From a virus (lineage: Duplodnaviria; Heunggongvirae; Uroviricota; Caudoviricetes), in the IMG/VR virus record IMGVR_UViG_3300025575_000276: a stretch of 64,000 nt of DNA; one strand, given 5' to 3'. Made by a program: the position numbers and the translations under genes. The notes beneath the pieces are model-generated. The model saw only the letters and a program-made list of their open reading frames with translations. It was not told the DNA's origin and made no database searches. This document shows positions 27,133 to 37,011 of the stretch, one piece after another (within the stretch, counting starts at the first letter, position 1; each line of letters opens with the position of its first letter).

Positions 27133-27339
27133 ATGAAACCTAGTAAATTTAACACCCCTAACAAGGAAACAATGTTTATTTGGGATTGGTATTTTGGATT
27201 GGACCTTAATGAAAATGTTAGACACCATGAAGTAAGGAATTGGTACTTCTGCCGTATAGCAGATAGACCATTTCACCATAGGTCAAGGCGGTTCAAAACT
27301 TGGAAACACAATAGAAGATGTCAGTGGAAGGATCGTTAA
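27133..27339 (+). CDS. hypothetical basic protein
   Basis: The ORF is 68 aa. Confidence 0.4.
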   Translation: MKPSKFNTPNKETMFIWDWYFGLDLNENVRHHEVRNWYFCRIADRPFHHRSRRFKTWKHNRRCQWKDR

Positions 27340-27368
27340 CATGTGACTTCCCTGACATCTTTTTTAAC
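27318..27368 (+). terminator. intrinsic terminator
   Basis: The hairpin pairs GATGTCAGTGGAAGG with CTTCCCTGACATC and is followed by TTTTTT. Confidence 0.6.
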
Positions 27369-27468
27369 CTTACCTATCCGAAACTTCGGAACACCTTAAA
27401 TAGTAAGTTATTATAAACTTACTAAACCACACCTTATAATTTTTTACACACCAATACCCAACGTTATA

Positions 27469-27882
27469 ATGGATAAAATTGAATGGGAAGGAACTGATGC
27501 AGATCTCGAAATCAGTCTGTTCGAGCAAGGGCTTATTTGTAGGCCCAATCCAGTGTTCGGAGATCCTAATGATTGGTTATGCCTTTACCAAATTTCTGAA
27601 GACGAGTATGATATAGGTCATTCCGATGAAGTATTTATATCTAAACTCCTGAAAGGAGAAGAGTGGGCGAAAGACAGTGATATAGAAGGGTTTCTGTCTT
27701 TTGTAGGAGAGGAAACTACAGAAGGTTTCTTGGAGTTGCCTTTTGTACAAAAATTGTCTAGCTTATTACGTTACTGGGGATGTCTAAATATCTTTGGTAC
27801 CTACTCTTGCACTATGAGTAAAGAGGAAGCTAAGGAATATCTTAATGATAAAGTATTCCCATTCCTAGGGGAAGTAGCTTAA
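27469..27882 (+). CDS. hypothetical protein
   Basis: The ORF is 137 aa. Confidence 0.5.
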   Translation: MDKIEWEGTDADLEISLFEQGLICRPNPVFGDPNDWLCLYQISEDEYDIGHSDEVFISKLLKGEEWAKDSDIEGFLSFVGEETTEGFLELPFVQKLSSLLRYWGCLNIFGTYSCTMSKEEAKEYLNDKVFPFLGEVA

Positions 27883-27891
27883 CTTAAAACT

Positions 27892-28677
27892 ATGAAGGTA
27901 ATCACAATGTACACAATTCCGGGGTTTGACTATAGCTTCAACAGTACAGTTAAAGTGTTTGAGTTTCTCAAAAAGGAAAGTTTGAACATGCCGGTAGATG
28001 TCGAATCTTGTATGCCTTTACAGATAATCCGGTGTGAGAGAATACTCCAGTACCGTTCTCAGATTATCACATGGTTAGTTAACCTATGTGAAAGTTCAAT
28101 TGCCGGTTATGATGAACGAGGAGCATCCTACCTGGTTAAGCCTGTAAGAGATAAAGTTGTAAATACCCTTATTCGAAAGAACATCTATTTAGGCGTAATG
28201 AATGCAAATTTACTGCCTCTAGCAAATCTGTGTGAACAGGAGTTTATCGAGAAGTATTCCTACTATGAACTCTTACTTGATACATCCCGAAAAGTGGTTT
28301 TTTTATACTCTGAGGAAGACGTTAAACATGTGGTGATGCCAAGTATCCCTGAAGTAGTTGAGCCTATCACACAGGAAACAATACAAGGTAAAGGTGTAAA
28401 GTTTAAACCTGAGCACTACATGAAGATGTACTTCACGACAAATGTACTCTACAGACCTTCTATGACTATGTTAAAGGGGTTGATAAAGTTCCACTTGGAT
28501 AAGCAATACATCAAATCAAAGGAAAACTATGAACAAAGTTTCAAAGAATTATTGGACGTAGCTAACCTATTGAGGGATATTAATCCCAAAATTACTCAAC
28601 AAGAATTGTATAATGAACTCCGTACTGGTATGAGAGTGGTAAAGCAAATAAAGAAAATCTGGAAAGATGAAGAATAA
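27892..28677 (+). CDS. hypothetical protein
   Basis: The ORF is 261 aa. Confidence 0.5.
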   Translation: MKVITMYTIPGFDYSFNSTVKVFEFLKKESLNMPVDVESCMPLQIIRCERILQYRSQIITWLVNLCESSIAGYDERGASYLVKPVRDKVVNTLIRKNIYLGVMNANLLPLANLCEQEFIEKYSYYELLLDTSRKVVFLYSEEDVKHVVMPSIPEVVEPITQETIQGKGVKFKPEHYMKMYFTTNVLYRPSMTMLKGLIKFHLDKQYIKSKENYEQSFKELLDVANLLRDINPKITQQELYNELRTGMRVVKQIKKIWKDEE

Positions 28678-28864
28678 ATCTAAGTACCAACCGCATGAGG
28701 AGTTCCTCAGAGCACAAGAATTTATGTTGGATGAGGCTGTTAAAGCAGTTGGTATTCCTCCAGCCTACCTTGGTGTTGATCCTCCTGAAAGCCGTGTATT
28801 GAAATCGATTGAAAAGATAAACAACCAAACACGCACTAATCTAAATAAAATTACCGAATTTTAG
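28667..28864 (+). CDS. hypothetical protein
   Basis: The ORF is 65 aa and overlaps the upstream gene. Confidence 0.4.
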   Translation: MKNKSKYQPHEEFLRAQEFMLDEAVKAVGIPPAYLGVDPPESRVLKSIEKINNQTRTNLNKITEF

Positions 28865-28919
28865 TTGTGTTTGTTTATTTTTGTTATACATTTGTTCCGT
28901 AATACTATATTAGCAACGT

Positions 28920-29654
28920 ATGAAACAGAAACTAATCACCCTCATTACTTCATTCAAATCCTATGGGTTACTTGCGATAGCAGGTGTCTTTATCCTTGGG
29001 TACCTACTGATTAACTCTAAGTCAAATGCTTTATACCGGGAAACTAGTTTGAATAAAGCATACTCGCATTTATCGGATACTCTTGTTAAGACTCGTAATG
29101 CTTTAAATCAAGAAGTTGCAAAAACTGGAGTTATCCAAACTGAGTCTGCAAAAGCTTTCCTTTCATTGAAATCAAAGGATGCAGAAGTGTTAAGACTTCA
29201 GAAACTTGTGGGTCAAGAACAAGGTAAAGGTCGGGATGTACAGTTGGCACTAAATGTCACAACTACATCCTATTATAAGTTAAAGGATTCTACTCAAAAT
29301 CTGGTTGCTTACGACTCTTCTAAAATGTATTCAAAGGAAACTGTTACTATGTGGCCTATTTATGAGCATATTATCAAGGACTCCCTGAAATGGATCCAAG
29401 GTACTATAAAATTAGGACGTAAGGTGTTCAGTGCAGAGTTAGAGTTTAAAAACGACTACTCAATATCAGTTGGAGAGGAAAGCAAAGGGTGGTTTAAAAA
29501 ACAACCTTATGCGGAGATTGTAAACCATAATCCCTATACTGGCACTGATGCAATGAAAGTTTACCAAAAGAAACTAGTTCCTAATAAGGCCGTTAAATCA
29601 AGTTTGATTACAGGTATTGCGGTATTCATAGGAACATTTTTACTATTCAAATAA
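28920..29654 (+). CDS. membrane protein
   Basis: It has an N-terminal TM segment 'LLAIAGVFILGYLLI' and a C-terminal TM segment 'ITGIAVFIGTFLLF'. The leader motif TACTATATTAGCAACG sits directly before the ATG. Confidence 0.5.
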   Translation: MKQKLITLITSFKSYGLLAIAGVFILGYLLINSKSNALYRETSLNKAYSHLSDTLVKTRNALNQEVAKTGVIQTESAKAFLSLKSKDAEVLRLQKLVGQEQGKGRDVQLALNVTTTSYYKLKDSTQNLVAYDSSKMYSKETVTMWPIYEHIIKDSLKWIQGTIKLGRKVFSAELEFKNDYSISVGEESKGWFKKQPYAEIVNHNPYTGTDAMKVYQKKLVPNKAVKSSLITGIAVFIGTFLLFK

Positions 29655-30111
29655 CTTTTATTTATGTGTGTATTAATTTACGCAGATTCAAAACCTTGGG
29701 ATGGACGGATTTTCCTGGCAGACAGAGCGATTATGTTAATCATGGAGTATCCATCACCAATATCGCCTAAGCTAACTACTAATGCTTACAGAGACTTGCA
29801 CATTGACTATGGTTAAGTCCGCTAATAAACAGAACTACTAACTTTAAAACTTAAAATTTATGTTTGGATTTTTCGAATTTGATTACTCCGACTTGATTTG
29901 TTCATTAGTTGCAGAAGATTATGTAGTAGCCCATATAAGAGACCTAACCCTTAAGCAAGGAATACCCGGACCAAAAAGAGTCTTAGTCCTTGAATACGGA
30001 TAGAGTTTCAGCACTACTAAATTGACGTAAACTGGACAAAAAATAAAAACATTAGCAATTAACAATAAATATTCAAAACTCTTTAGTGTAATAGCTAAAG
30101 AGTTTTCAATC

Positions 30112-30184
30112 GGGGGATTAACGCTCAATTGGCAGAGCAACGGTGACTAAACCGTAGATATTGGTTCGATCCCAGTATCCCCCA
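30112..30184 (+). tRNA. tRNA-like gene, non-canonical. It has a 6-nt anticodon loop and a 4-nt acceptor-to-D connector
   Basis: The acceptor pairs GGGGGAT with ATCCCCC perfectly. The D-arm is GCTC-AATTGGCA-GAGC. The anticodon arm is ACGGT-GACTAA-ACCGT. The T-arm is ATTGG-TTCGATC-CCAGT. Confidence 0.45.
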
Positions 30185-30209
30185 CAAATAATTTAAACCA
30201 TAATTTTTT

Positions 30210-31481
30210 ATGAAAATCAAAGATGTAACATTGGTTAACTTCGGCCAGTATGGTAACATTTCAGTCAGTTTTGACGATAATGTGACGTACCTAGTTGGTC
30301 CGAATGGATCAGCTAAAACCACCATGGGCCTGACTGGTATCTGGGCCACAATAGAAGGCATTGCTCAAAAAGGACAAAATGTATTGACCGGAGAAAGGTT
30401 CAGGTTTATCGGTGACAAAGCTGCAACATCAACTTCCACAATTACCATCTACGATGAAAAGATTGGAGAGATAAAAGCAGAAAGGAAGTTCACTAAAACT
30501 GGATCATCATTATCATTCGAAGGCCCGGCAGGAGTTACTTTATCTCAAGAGTGGTTGTCCTCCCTGTTTAACATCCTACTTATTGCTCCAAAACGGTTCA
30601 TATCTCTTACAGGACGTGAGCAAGCATTAGCTTTGGGTATTGATGTCGCTTCCTTTGAAAAGGAGCTTGCAGAGCTTAAAACTGACTATACTTTGATCAA
30701 TCGGGAACTCACTAATATGGGTAAGATTGATGTGGTAGAGGAAGCTGTAACGGTTGATATCGCTGACCTTATTGCTGAAAAGAAATTAGCAACTCAGCAC
30801 AATACCGAGGAACAGAAAAAGGAAGATGCTATTACAACAGCCGACACAACCATCACTAGCACTGAAAAATCAATAAGTGATGCTGAAGTGACTATTAAGA
30901 ACCTTCAGGAGCAAATAGTAATCTTTAAAAAGAGTTTGGAAGCTTGGCAAGAGTACAGAGGAAAGCTTGAAGATCCTGCCTATAAGGATATCGATGCTAT
31001 TGATACCAAAATGGAAACAGCCTCAACAACAAACATTGCTGCTGCAAATTACGATGCTTATCTTGTTAAAGTTAAGAACAAAGAGGATAAGACAAAGGAA
31101 CTTGCTGACAACAAGGAGAAACAAGCTGATGTCGTTGCCCGGCAACTGGCCTACATTAAAGGTAAACAACTCCCCTTCCCTGATTTAACTATCGGTGATG
31201 ATGGTGGACTATTGTTACAAGGCCGGCCACTTAAGGAACCATACTTCAGTACTGGCGAACTCACTCAGATCATTCCAATCCTTATGAGTTCCACAAATCC
31301 TGAGTTGAAATATGTCTTTATTCAGGATTTCAATTTGTTGGATGAAGTTCGTCAACAACAAGTAGAGGAAGCACTTACTTCTAAAGGGTTCCAACTCGTA
31401 ATTGAGTATGTGGGAACAAAAAAAGTACCAGGTAAGAATTGTATTTTAATGGAAGAAATCAATAACCAAAACCAAGTATAA
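30210..31481 (+). CDS. SMC/Rad50/RecF-like ABC ATPase with a central coiled coil
   Basis: The N-terminal 'YLVGPNGSAKTT' is the Walker A motif. The C-terminal 'FSTGELTQ' is signature-like and 'YVFIQDFNLLDE' is the Walker B motif. The roughly 200 aa between them are rich in Glu, Lys and Ala. Confidence 0.7.
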   Translation: MKIKDVTLVNFGQYGNISVSFDDNVTYLVGPNGSAKTTMGLTGIWATIEGIAQKGQNVLTGERFRFIGDKAATSTSTITIYDEKIGEIKAERKFTKTGSSLSFEGPAGVTLSQEWLSSLFNILLIAPKRFISLTGREQALALGIDVASFEKELAELKTDYTLINRELTNMGKIDVVEEAVTVDIADLIAEKKLATQHNTEEQKKEDAITTADTTITSTEKSISDAEVTIKNLQEQIVIFKKSLEAWQEYRGKLEDPAYKDIDAIDTKMETASTTNIAAANYDAYLVKVKNKEDKTKELADNKEKQADVVARQLAYIKGKQLPFPDLTIGDDGGLLLQGRPLKEPYFSTGELTQIIPILMSSTNPELKYVFIQDFNLLDEVRQQQVEEALTSKGFQLVIEYVGTKKVPGKNCILMEEINNQNQV

Positions 31482-31484
31482 ACA

Positions 31485-32522
31485 ATGAAAACAACACTTA
31501 AAGTGATTGCGTGGATTGCTGTCTACGTCACATTATTAGGGTTCATTTGCCCTGATCTAATCAGTGCTCCAAGCACACCCGAAGTACTCTTAGGAGTCGC
31601 CCTAATCATAGGGATAATTCTTTCATTCATTTATCATTTCAAAACCCTTTACAAAATTATGAAACCAATCATCAGTAAATTTCTCTTAGGAGTAGTGTTA
31701 TTAATGGCTTTAATAGCCTTCACAAGTTGTTCAACAGTTCCTCCCGGATACGGTGGAGTAGTAATCAAAAAGTATGGCTCTGAGAAGGGTGTTCAAAAAG
31801 TTGCCCTTGGAGTTGGAAGTTACTGGTTAGGACCTAATGAGAGCATGGAAAAGTACCCTACACATCAGGTAAACTACACTTTTACACAAGATAAGTCAGA
31901 AGGATCAAATGCCAACGAAGAGTTTACTTTCCAAACCAATGAAGGTATGGAATGTGCTACAGATTTAGGAATCGCAATGCATTATGATTTTGCACTTATT
32001 CCGCAGATGTATCAGAAATACTTAAAAGGTGAAGATGAAATACGAGGTACAGTTGTAAGAAATAGCATAAGAAACTACTTGAATAAAGTTGCCGGGGGAA
32101 TGCCTGTTGAATCCGTATATGGAAAAGGTAAATCTACTTTAATTGACAGCGTTCAACTATTAGTTAAGAAGGAGTTAGATGCTACAGGAATTATTATAGA
32201 GAAGATATATTTGATCGGATCTATTCGTATTCCAGAATCAGTTAAACAATCACTTGACTCAAAAGTAAAGGCTACACAAGATGCTCAGAAGATCGAGAAT
32301 GATGTAAGAGCAACTAAAGCAAAAGCAGAGCAAGCCATTGCAAAAGCAGAAGGTGATGCCAAGGCTTTACTTACCATAGCAGAGGCCCAAGCTAAAGCAA
32401 ATAAATTAATATCACAATCAATAACTCCAGTACTTGTTAACTACAAGGCCATTGAAAAGTGGAAAGGAGAACTACCTACATATTCTGGAGGTGGTGCAAT
32501 ACCATTTATCAATATTAAGTAA
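31485..32522 (+). CDS. SPFH/band-7 family membrane protein, similar to HflK/C or prohibitin
   Basis: It has N-terminal TM helices, an SPFH core, and a C-terminal Ala/Glu-rich coiled coil 'AKAEQAIAKAEGDAKALLTIAEAQAKANKLI'. Confidence 0.7.
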   Translation: MKTTLKVIAWIAVYVTLLGFICPDLISAPSTPEVLLGVALIIGIILSFIYHFKTLYKIMKPIISKFLLGVVLLMALIAFTSCSTVPPGYGGVVIKKYGSEKGVQKVALGVGSYWLGPNESMEKYPTHQVNYTFTQDKSEGSNANEEFTFQTNEGMECATDLGIAMHYDFALIPQMYQKYLKGEDEIRGTVVRNSIRNYLNKVAGGMPVESVYGKGKSTLIDSVQLLVKKELDATGIIIEKIYLIGSIRIPESVKQSLDSKVKATQDAQKIENDVRATKAKAEQAIAKAEGDAKALLTIAEAQAKANKLISQSITPVLVNYKAIEKWKGELPTYSGGGAIPFINIK

Positions 32523-32529
32523 TAAAAAA

Positions 32530-32592
32530 TGGGGAGGAACATAAGTCGATAAGACTAGGTGGAGAGGGATCGAATCTCTCTCCTCCCCCAAA
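32530..32592. terminator. large GC-rich hairpin after the SPFH gene
   Basis: The hairpin pairs GGGGAGGA...GGAGAGGG-atcgaa-TCTCTCTCC with TCCTCCCC. Confidence 0.5.
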
Positions 32593-32619
32593 TAATTTCA
32601 CACACTAATAATCTATCAA

Positions 32620-32847
32620 ATGAAGAATTGCGAAATAATTGATAAAACTGGAGTAATCTTCAGTGGTTACGATACCCATACCACAAGACGTATCTGGGAT
32701 TTAGCCACAATGTCCAAAGAGCAGTTCATGGAAGACCATGAAGACGATGTTGAAGATTACGAAGCCGAACTCCAAGAGTACTGGCCTAATACCCCAAAAT
32801 GGAATGGGACCTTAAAATTTGTTCAAGTACTTAGTACAGCTTACTAA
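32620..32847 (+). CDS. hypothetical acidic protein
   Basis: The ORF is 75 aa. Confidence 0.45.
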   Translation: MKNCEIIDKTGVIFSGYDTHTTRRIWDLATMSKEQFMEDHEDDVEDYEAELQEYWPNTPKWNGTLKFVQVLSTAY

Positions 32848-33203
32848 TGAGCCTACCTGACGAAGCTGAAGTATGGTGGCCTGATCACAGAGTTAAGCAC
32901 ATCTTCTCCCACTTACCCAATGTAAAATGTGGACATTTCCATGTTCACAATGCAACTTTCATCGATGATGTTGATTGTTACGCATGTCTGAAACTAGTTG
33001 ATGAAGGTTACAAACACAACCTTTCCACAAGAGCAGAGCGAGAATCTCAGCGATTAAAATCTATTGGAGGGCAGAACGGATATTGTTCATGTGGGGCACC
33101 ATTTATAATAAAACGGAACCATACAACAAAAGAGCAATTTCTTGGATGTAATAACTATCCAAAATGTAAGAATACCAAAAGTATAATACGTAAACCAGTA
33201 TGA
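32847..33203 (+). CDS. zinc-finger protein with a topoisomerase-type C4 zinc ribbon
   Basis: It carries 'CYACLK' and 'FLGCNNYPKCKNTKS'. Confidence 0.5.
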   Translation: MSLPDEAEVWWPDHRVKHIFSHLPNVKCGHFHVHNATFIDDVDCYACLKLVDEGYKHNLSTRAERESQRLKSIGGQNGYCSCGAPFIIKRNHTTKEQFLGCNNYPKCKNTKSIIRKPV

Positions 33204-34225
33204 AACGAAAACTATTTTTCTCAAATGTTGCCCATGCTCCGGGCATTGACTGCGGTTACAAACACTATTTAGATGCAAGTAAACTTGAAAAAGTTACTTG
33301 TCCTAGGTGTATGCGACTCATTAAGGAAGGAGGAAAATCTACGTTTAAAGATGGCCGTAGCCTACCCTCAGATCCGAATTTGAATGTTATTTGCGACCAG
33401 TGTGGAAAACCTATGGTTAAGCAGTCAATTGGCCAAGGTGGGGAATCAACCTATATTTGTTCTGACTACCCCAAGTGTCAGAATATAAAAAAGATTACTT
33501 TTGCAAAGTTAATTAAAGTAAGTAAAGAAACACCTAATTCCCTAATTACAAAGAATATGAGTACTATTACAGGACTAACATCTGTTATTTCAGACATCCT
33601 AAGATCGGCAGTAAACAAGCGTATATCTGTTAAAGATCAACCAATTACAAAGTTATTGAAAGATGCTGAAGTGTCCTTACATTTCTCCTCTACTTTACTT
33701 GATGTTCTGGCTGAAAAGGGACTTATTTTCAGAGAAGGTGAGAGAGCTGGTATTTATTACACAGTTTTGACTGATGTGATCCCAGATCCGCAAGTACTTG
33801 CAACTGAGTGCTACAACAGGTACAAAGAGGAGAATAAGAAATCTCGGGAACAGAAGAAACTTGACCTCGAAGATGGGAAGGTCACTACCAGAGCATACAG
33901 GAAGAAATCCATCGAAAAAGGAGAAATCCAGAATGGTACAAGTACGATTATTCGTAGAAGAACTCCGTCAATTGGCGACATCATGTATATGATGAACGAC
34001 AATAGAGTTTGCGAAGTTCGTGTATACGGTGTTCAGGAAAATGAGACTACTGGAGCTATTGAGTGTCATGTTGAACACTTTAACCATTTAGAGGAAATTG
34101 AGGAAGATATACCGTACACTGGCTGGAAAGCTACAAATACTCCTCACAAATCTCTGTTTGACTCTCCAGAAATCTTAGTACAAAGACTACTAGCAACTGT
34201 TTTAAAGCACATTAAAAGAAGATAA
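33200..34225 (+). CDS. multi-zinc-ribbon protein with a C-terminal domain of unknown function
   Basis: It carries 'CPRCMR', 'CDQCGK' and 'YICSDYPKCQNIKK'. The ORF is 341 aa. Confidence 0.5.
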   Translation: MKRKLFFSNVAHAPGIDCGYKHYLDASKLEKVTCPRCMRLIKEGGKSTFKDGRSLPSDPNLNVICDQCGKPMVKQSIGQGGESTYICSDYPKCQNIKKITFAKLIKVSKETPNSLITKNMSTITGLTSVISDILRSAVNKRISVKDQPITKLLKDAEVSLHFSSTLLDVLAEKGLIFREGERAGIYYTVLTDVIPDPQVLATECYNRYKEENKKSREQKKLDLEDGKVTTRAYRKKSIEKGEIQNGTSTIIRRRTPSIGDIMYMMNDNRVCEVRVYGVQENETTGAIECHVEHFNHLEEIEEDIPYTGWKATNTPHKSLFDSPEILVQRLLATVLKHIKRR

Positions 34226-34228
34226 TTT

Positions 34229-35407
34229 ATGAAAAGTGTAGTTTCTACAGAAAGACTTCCAATCAAATTTTGGTTGGAAGATATTGAACCCGGTGCATTA
34301 TCTCAAGCAAGGAACTTGGCTAACTTGCCATTTCTATTTAAGCATGTAGCAATCATGCCGGACAGCCATCAAGGATATGGAATGCCTATTGGTGGGGTAA
34401 TCGCCACTACAGGTGTTGTAATTCCAAATGCCGTTGGCGTGGATATCGGGTGTGGCATGTGTGCGGTCAAAACTTCCCTCAATGTAGAGGATTTTGATAG
34501 AGATGAGCTAAAGGCTATCCTATCATTAATAAGGAAATGTGTTCCAGTGGGGTTTGAGCATCACAAGGAACGTCAAGATTGGGAACTAATGCCTAATGTT
34601 GTTGGATTTGAACAGTCTCCTTCAATTGTGTTTAATCAACAGGCTTCAGCAATGAAGCAACTTGGCACACTCGGAGGTGGAAATCACTTTATCGAAATTC
34701 AAAAAGATAATGATGGCTTTATCTGGATTATGATCCATTCCGGTTCACGAAATCTCGGTAAAAAAGTTGCAGATTACTATAACAGTATAGCCAAAAAACT
34801 CAATGGATTATGGTACTCTCAGGTTGACAAGGTGAAAGACCTTGCTTTTCTTCCTATAGATACCTTAGAAGCAAAAAGCTACATGATGGAGATGCAGTAT
34901 TGTGTTGATTTTGCTCTGGCTAACAGAAAGCTGATGATGGAAAGGATTCTCGAAAGTTTCTATGATGTTATAGATACAAGTGTTATGCATGATCCAATGA
35001 TTAATATCGCCCACAACTATGCTCAGTGGGAAAACCACTTTGGTCACAATGTAATAGTCCACCGGAAAGGTGCTACATCGGCCAAAGTAGGTGAGATCGG
35101 AATCATTCCCGGTTCTATGGGTACCAAATCCTACATTGTTGAAGGGCTAGGAAATCCTGAATCCTTTATGTCCTGCTCACATGGAGCTGGCCGTAAAATG
35201 GGAAGAGGTCAGGCGACTCGGGAACTCAATCTGGAGAAAGAAATCTGGGATCTGGAGGAACAAGGTATCATTCATGGTATGCGTTCTGTTAAAGATCTTG
35301 ATGAAGCTCCCGGTGCTTACAAGTCAATTGAAAAGGTCATGGCTAATCAAAGTGATCTAGTTAAGATATTAGTAGAACTAACTCCGCTTGCGGTTATTAA
35401 AGGTTAA
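34229..35407 (+). CDS. rtcB: RtcB-family RNA ligase
   Basis: The RtcB motifs present are 'VGVDIGCGM', 'GGGNHFIE', 'HSGSRNLG' and 'HNYA'. The Cys/His metal-site residues are in place. Confidence 0.8.
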   Translation: MKSVVSTERLPIKFWLEDIEPGALSQARNLANLPFLFKHVAIMPDSHQGYGMPIGGVIATTGVVIPNAVGVDIGCGMCAVKTSLNVEDFDRDELKAILSLIRKCVPVGFEHHKERQDWELMPNVVGFEQSPSIVFNQQASAMKQLGTLGGGNHFIEIQKDNDGFIWIMIHSGSRNLGKKVADYYNSIAKKLNGLWYSQVDKVKDLAFLPIDTLEAKSYMMEMQYCVDFALANRKLMMERILESFYDVIDTSVMHDPMINIAHNYAQWENHFGHNVIVHRKGATSAKVGEIGIIPGSMGTKSYIVEGLGNPESFMSCSHGAGRKMGRGQATRELNLEKEIWDLEEQGIIHGMRSVKDLDEAPGAYKSIEKVMANQSDLVKILVELTPLAVIKG

Positions 35408-35798
35408 ATAATTGAGTGTAACTTGTAATTCCGTAATAAACTATTAACAATTAATAAAATTTCAACTAAACAAGCTACAATTTGGAATTTGGTTCCTATT
35501 TGGTCTACTGTGTGGGTCGGGTTTTACCCTTTTATTAGGTACCCGGAATTACAATACAGTAAAACTTGATAGAGTGCCTGAAGACGAGATTGCCTCATCT
35601 GTAAGGTATTGTTTACTTTACACTTCTACTCCCTTTAGGATTAAGTATAAAGGTAATCCCGACCTGAATAAAATTTGCTCATCAATTGAAGACCTTAAAC
35701 TTAAACAAAACATTAAAGTTGAGTTTGTTAAGAAAGGTATTATTATTGATTTGATGTAATCACAACTAATCGTATTTAACTTTATAAATTATCAAATT

Positions 35799-36986
35799 AT
35801 GAAATACATTCATACAAAAGAAATGGTTGCCCATCTATGGGCACATCAATCACAAGACAATGCTAGAACTCCCAATGGTGCCTTATACTTTAATGGGGAC
35901 ACTATATTTAGTTATGGAAGTCATTTTCCTATAGCTAAATGGATCACAAATTTCCAAGGTGAGAGAATTGTCCTTGTAAATAGTGACAGTTACAGTTCGA
36001 CTACCAGTGGACATCAGTACACAGTAGCACACTCTATTCCTAGTTATGTAAAAAAAGTCTATTTATCAAGTAAGAATTTTTTCAGGATTAGTGAAAGTCA
36101 AGGTATAAGGTATTTCCAAACCTCTGATTACGATTCAATTTCATCTCTCTTTACTTCAAGTTGTAATAACATTATCAATACAATGGAGAAACAGAGTAAG
36201 GCCAGATCAAGGGATTATCGTTCAGAAGTTTCAGATGCCATTTACAAGTTAAGGGATGTGTTTGTAGGGTTTGACTTGAATGTGTCGCACAGTCTTCGTT
36301 CAGAACTTAAAATAAAACCAATTCTTTCTCATTTGCTTGATAATAGCATTTTCAAGTATAGGGATAGGTTCGATGTTCTAAAGGACATCCATACTATGAA
36401 GAACGTTTGGGTACTCCAACTACTTGTAGATATGGAAGTATTTGAACTTACAGATACTATGGAGTTCAAAATTCAAAATATCGACACTGTTTTTATCAAT
36501 GAGTTATTTAGTAAGATTTCAGGAATAAGCGGAGTAAAATTAACTGCTCACCTTGAAAAACTTGTGAATGCTGAAAAAGTAAGGAAACTTGAAGAAAAGA
36601 AACGAGCAATAGAACGTAGAAAGAAGTACGTTGCTGATGTGGAAAAATGGAAGTCTGGAGATCTTAGAGTTAGTTTCCCTTACAATTACTCTGATTACGA
36701 TACTGTTGCCCTTAGGATTGCGGTTAACCCGGAGAAGAAGGTTGAGATGGTAAATACCTCAAAAGGTATATGGATCAACTTTGAAGAGGCTCTCAGGTTA
36801 TTCACCTTCCTCATTGCAGTTAAGGATAAGAACAAACCTTTCACTCACGAACTTGTAGTTGATTCAGGTAACAATAAATGGAAAATTGATTCAATTGCAG
36901 CAGACGGAACATTAAAAGCCGGCTGTCATAGGGTACCATTTTCTGAGTCACAGAGGATCGCCCAACTATTGAACTTCGCAGCTTAA
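35799..36986 (+). CDS. hypothetical protein
   Basis: The ORF is 395 aa. Confidence 0.5.
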   Translation: MKYIHTKEMVAHLWAHQSQDNARTPNGALYFNGDTIFSYGSHFPIAKWITNFQGERIVLVNSDSYSSTTSGHQYTVAHSIPSYVKKVYLSSKNFFRISESQGIRYFQTSDYDSISSLFTSSCNNIINTMEKQSKARSRDYRSEVSDAIYKLRDVFVGFDLNVSHSLRSELKIKPILSHLLDNSIFKYRDRFDVLKDIHTMKNVWVLQLLVDMEVFELTDTMEFKIQNIDTVFINELFSKISGISGVKLTAHLEKLVNAEKVRKLEEKKRAIERRKKYVADVEKWKSGDLRVSFPYNYSDYDTVALRIAVNPEKKVEMVNTSKGIWINFEEALRLFTFLIAVKDKNKPFTHELVVDSGNNKWKIDSIAADGTLKAGCHRVPFSESQRIAQLLNFAA

Positions 36987-37011
36987 TTTACTCATTTAAT
37001 AATTTATCAAA

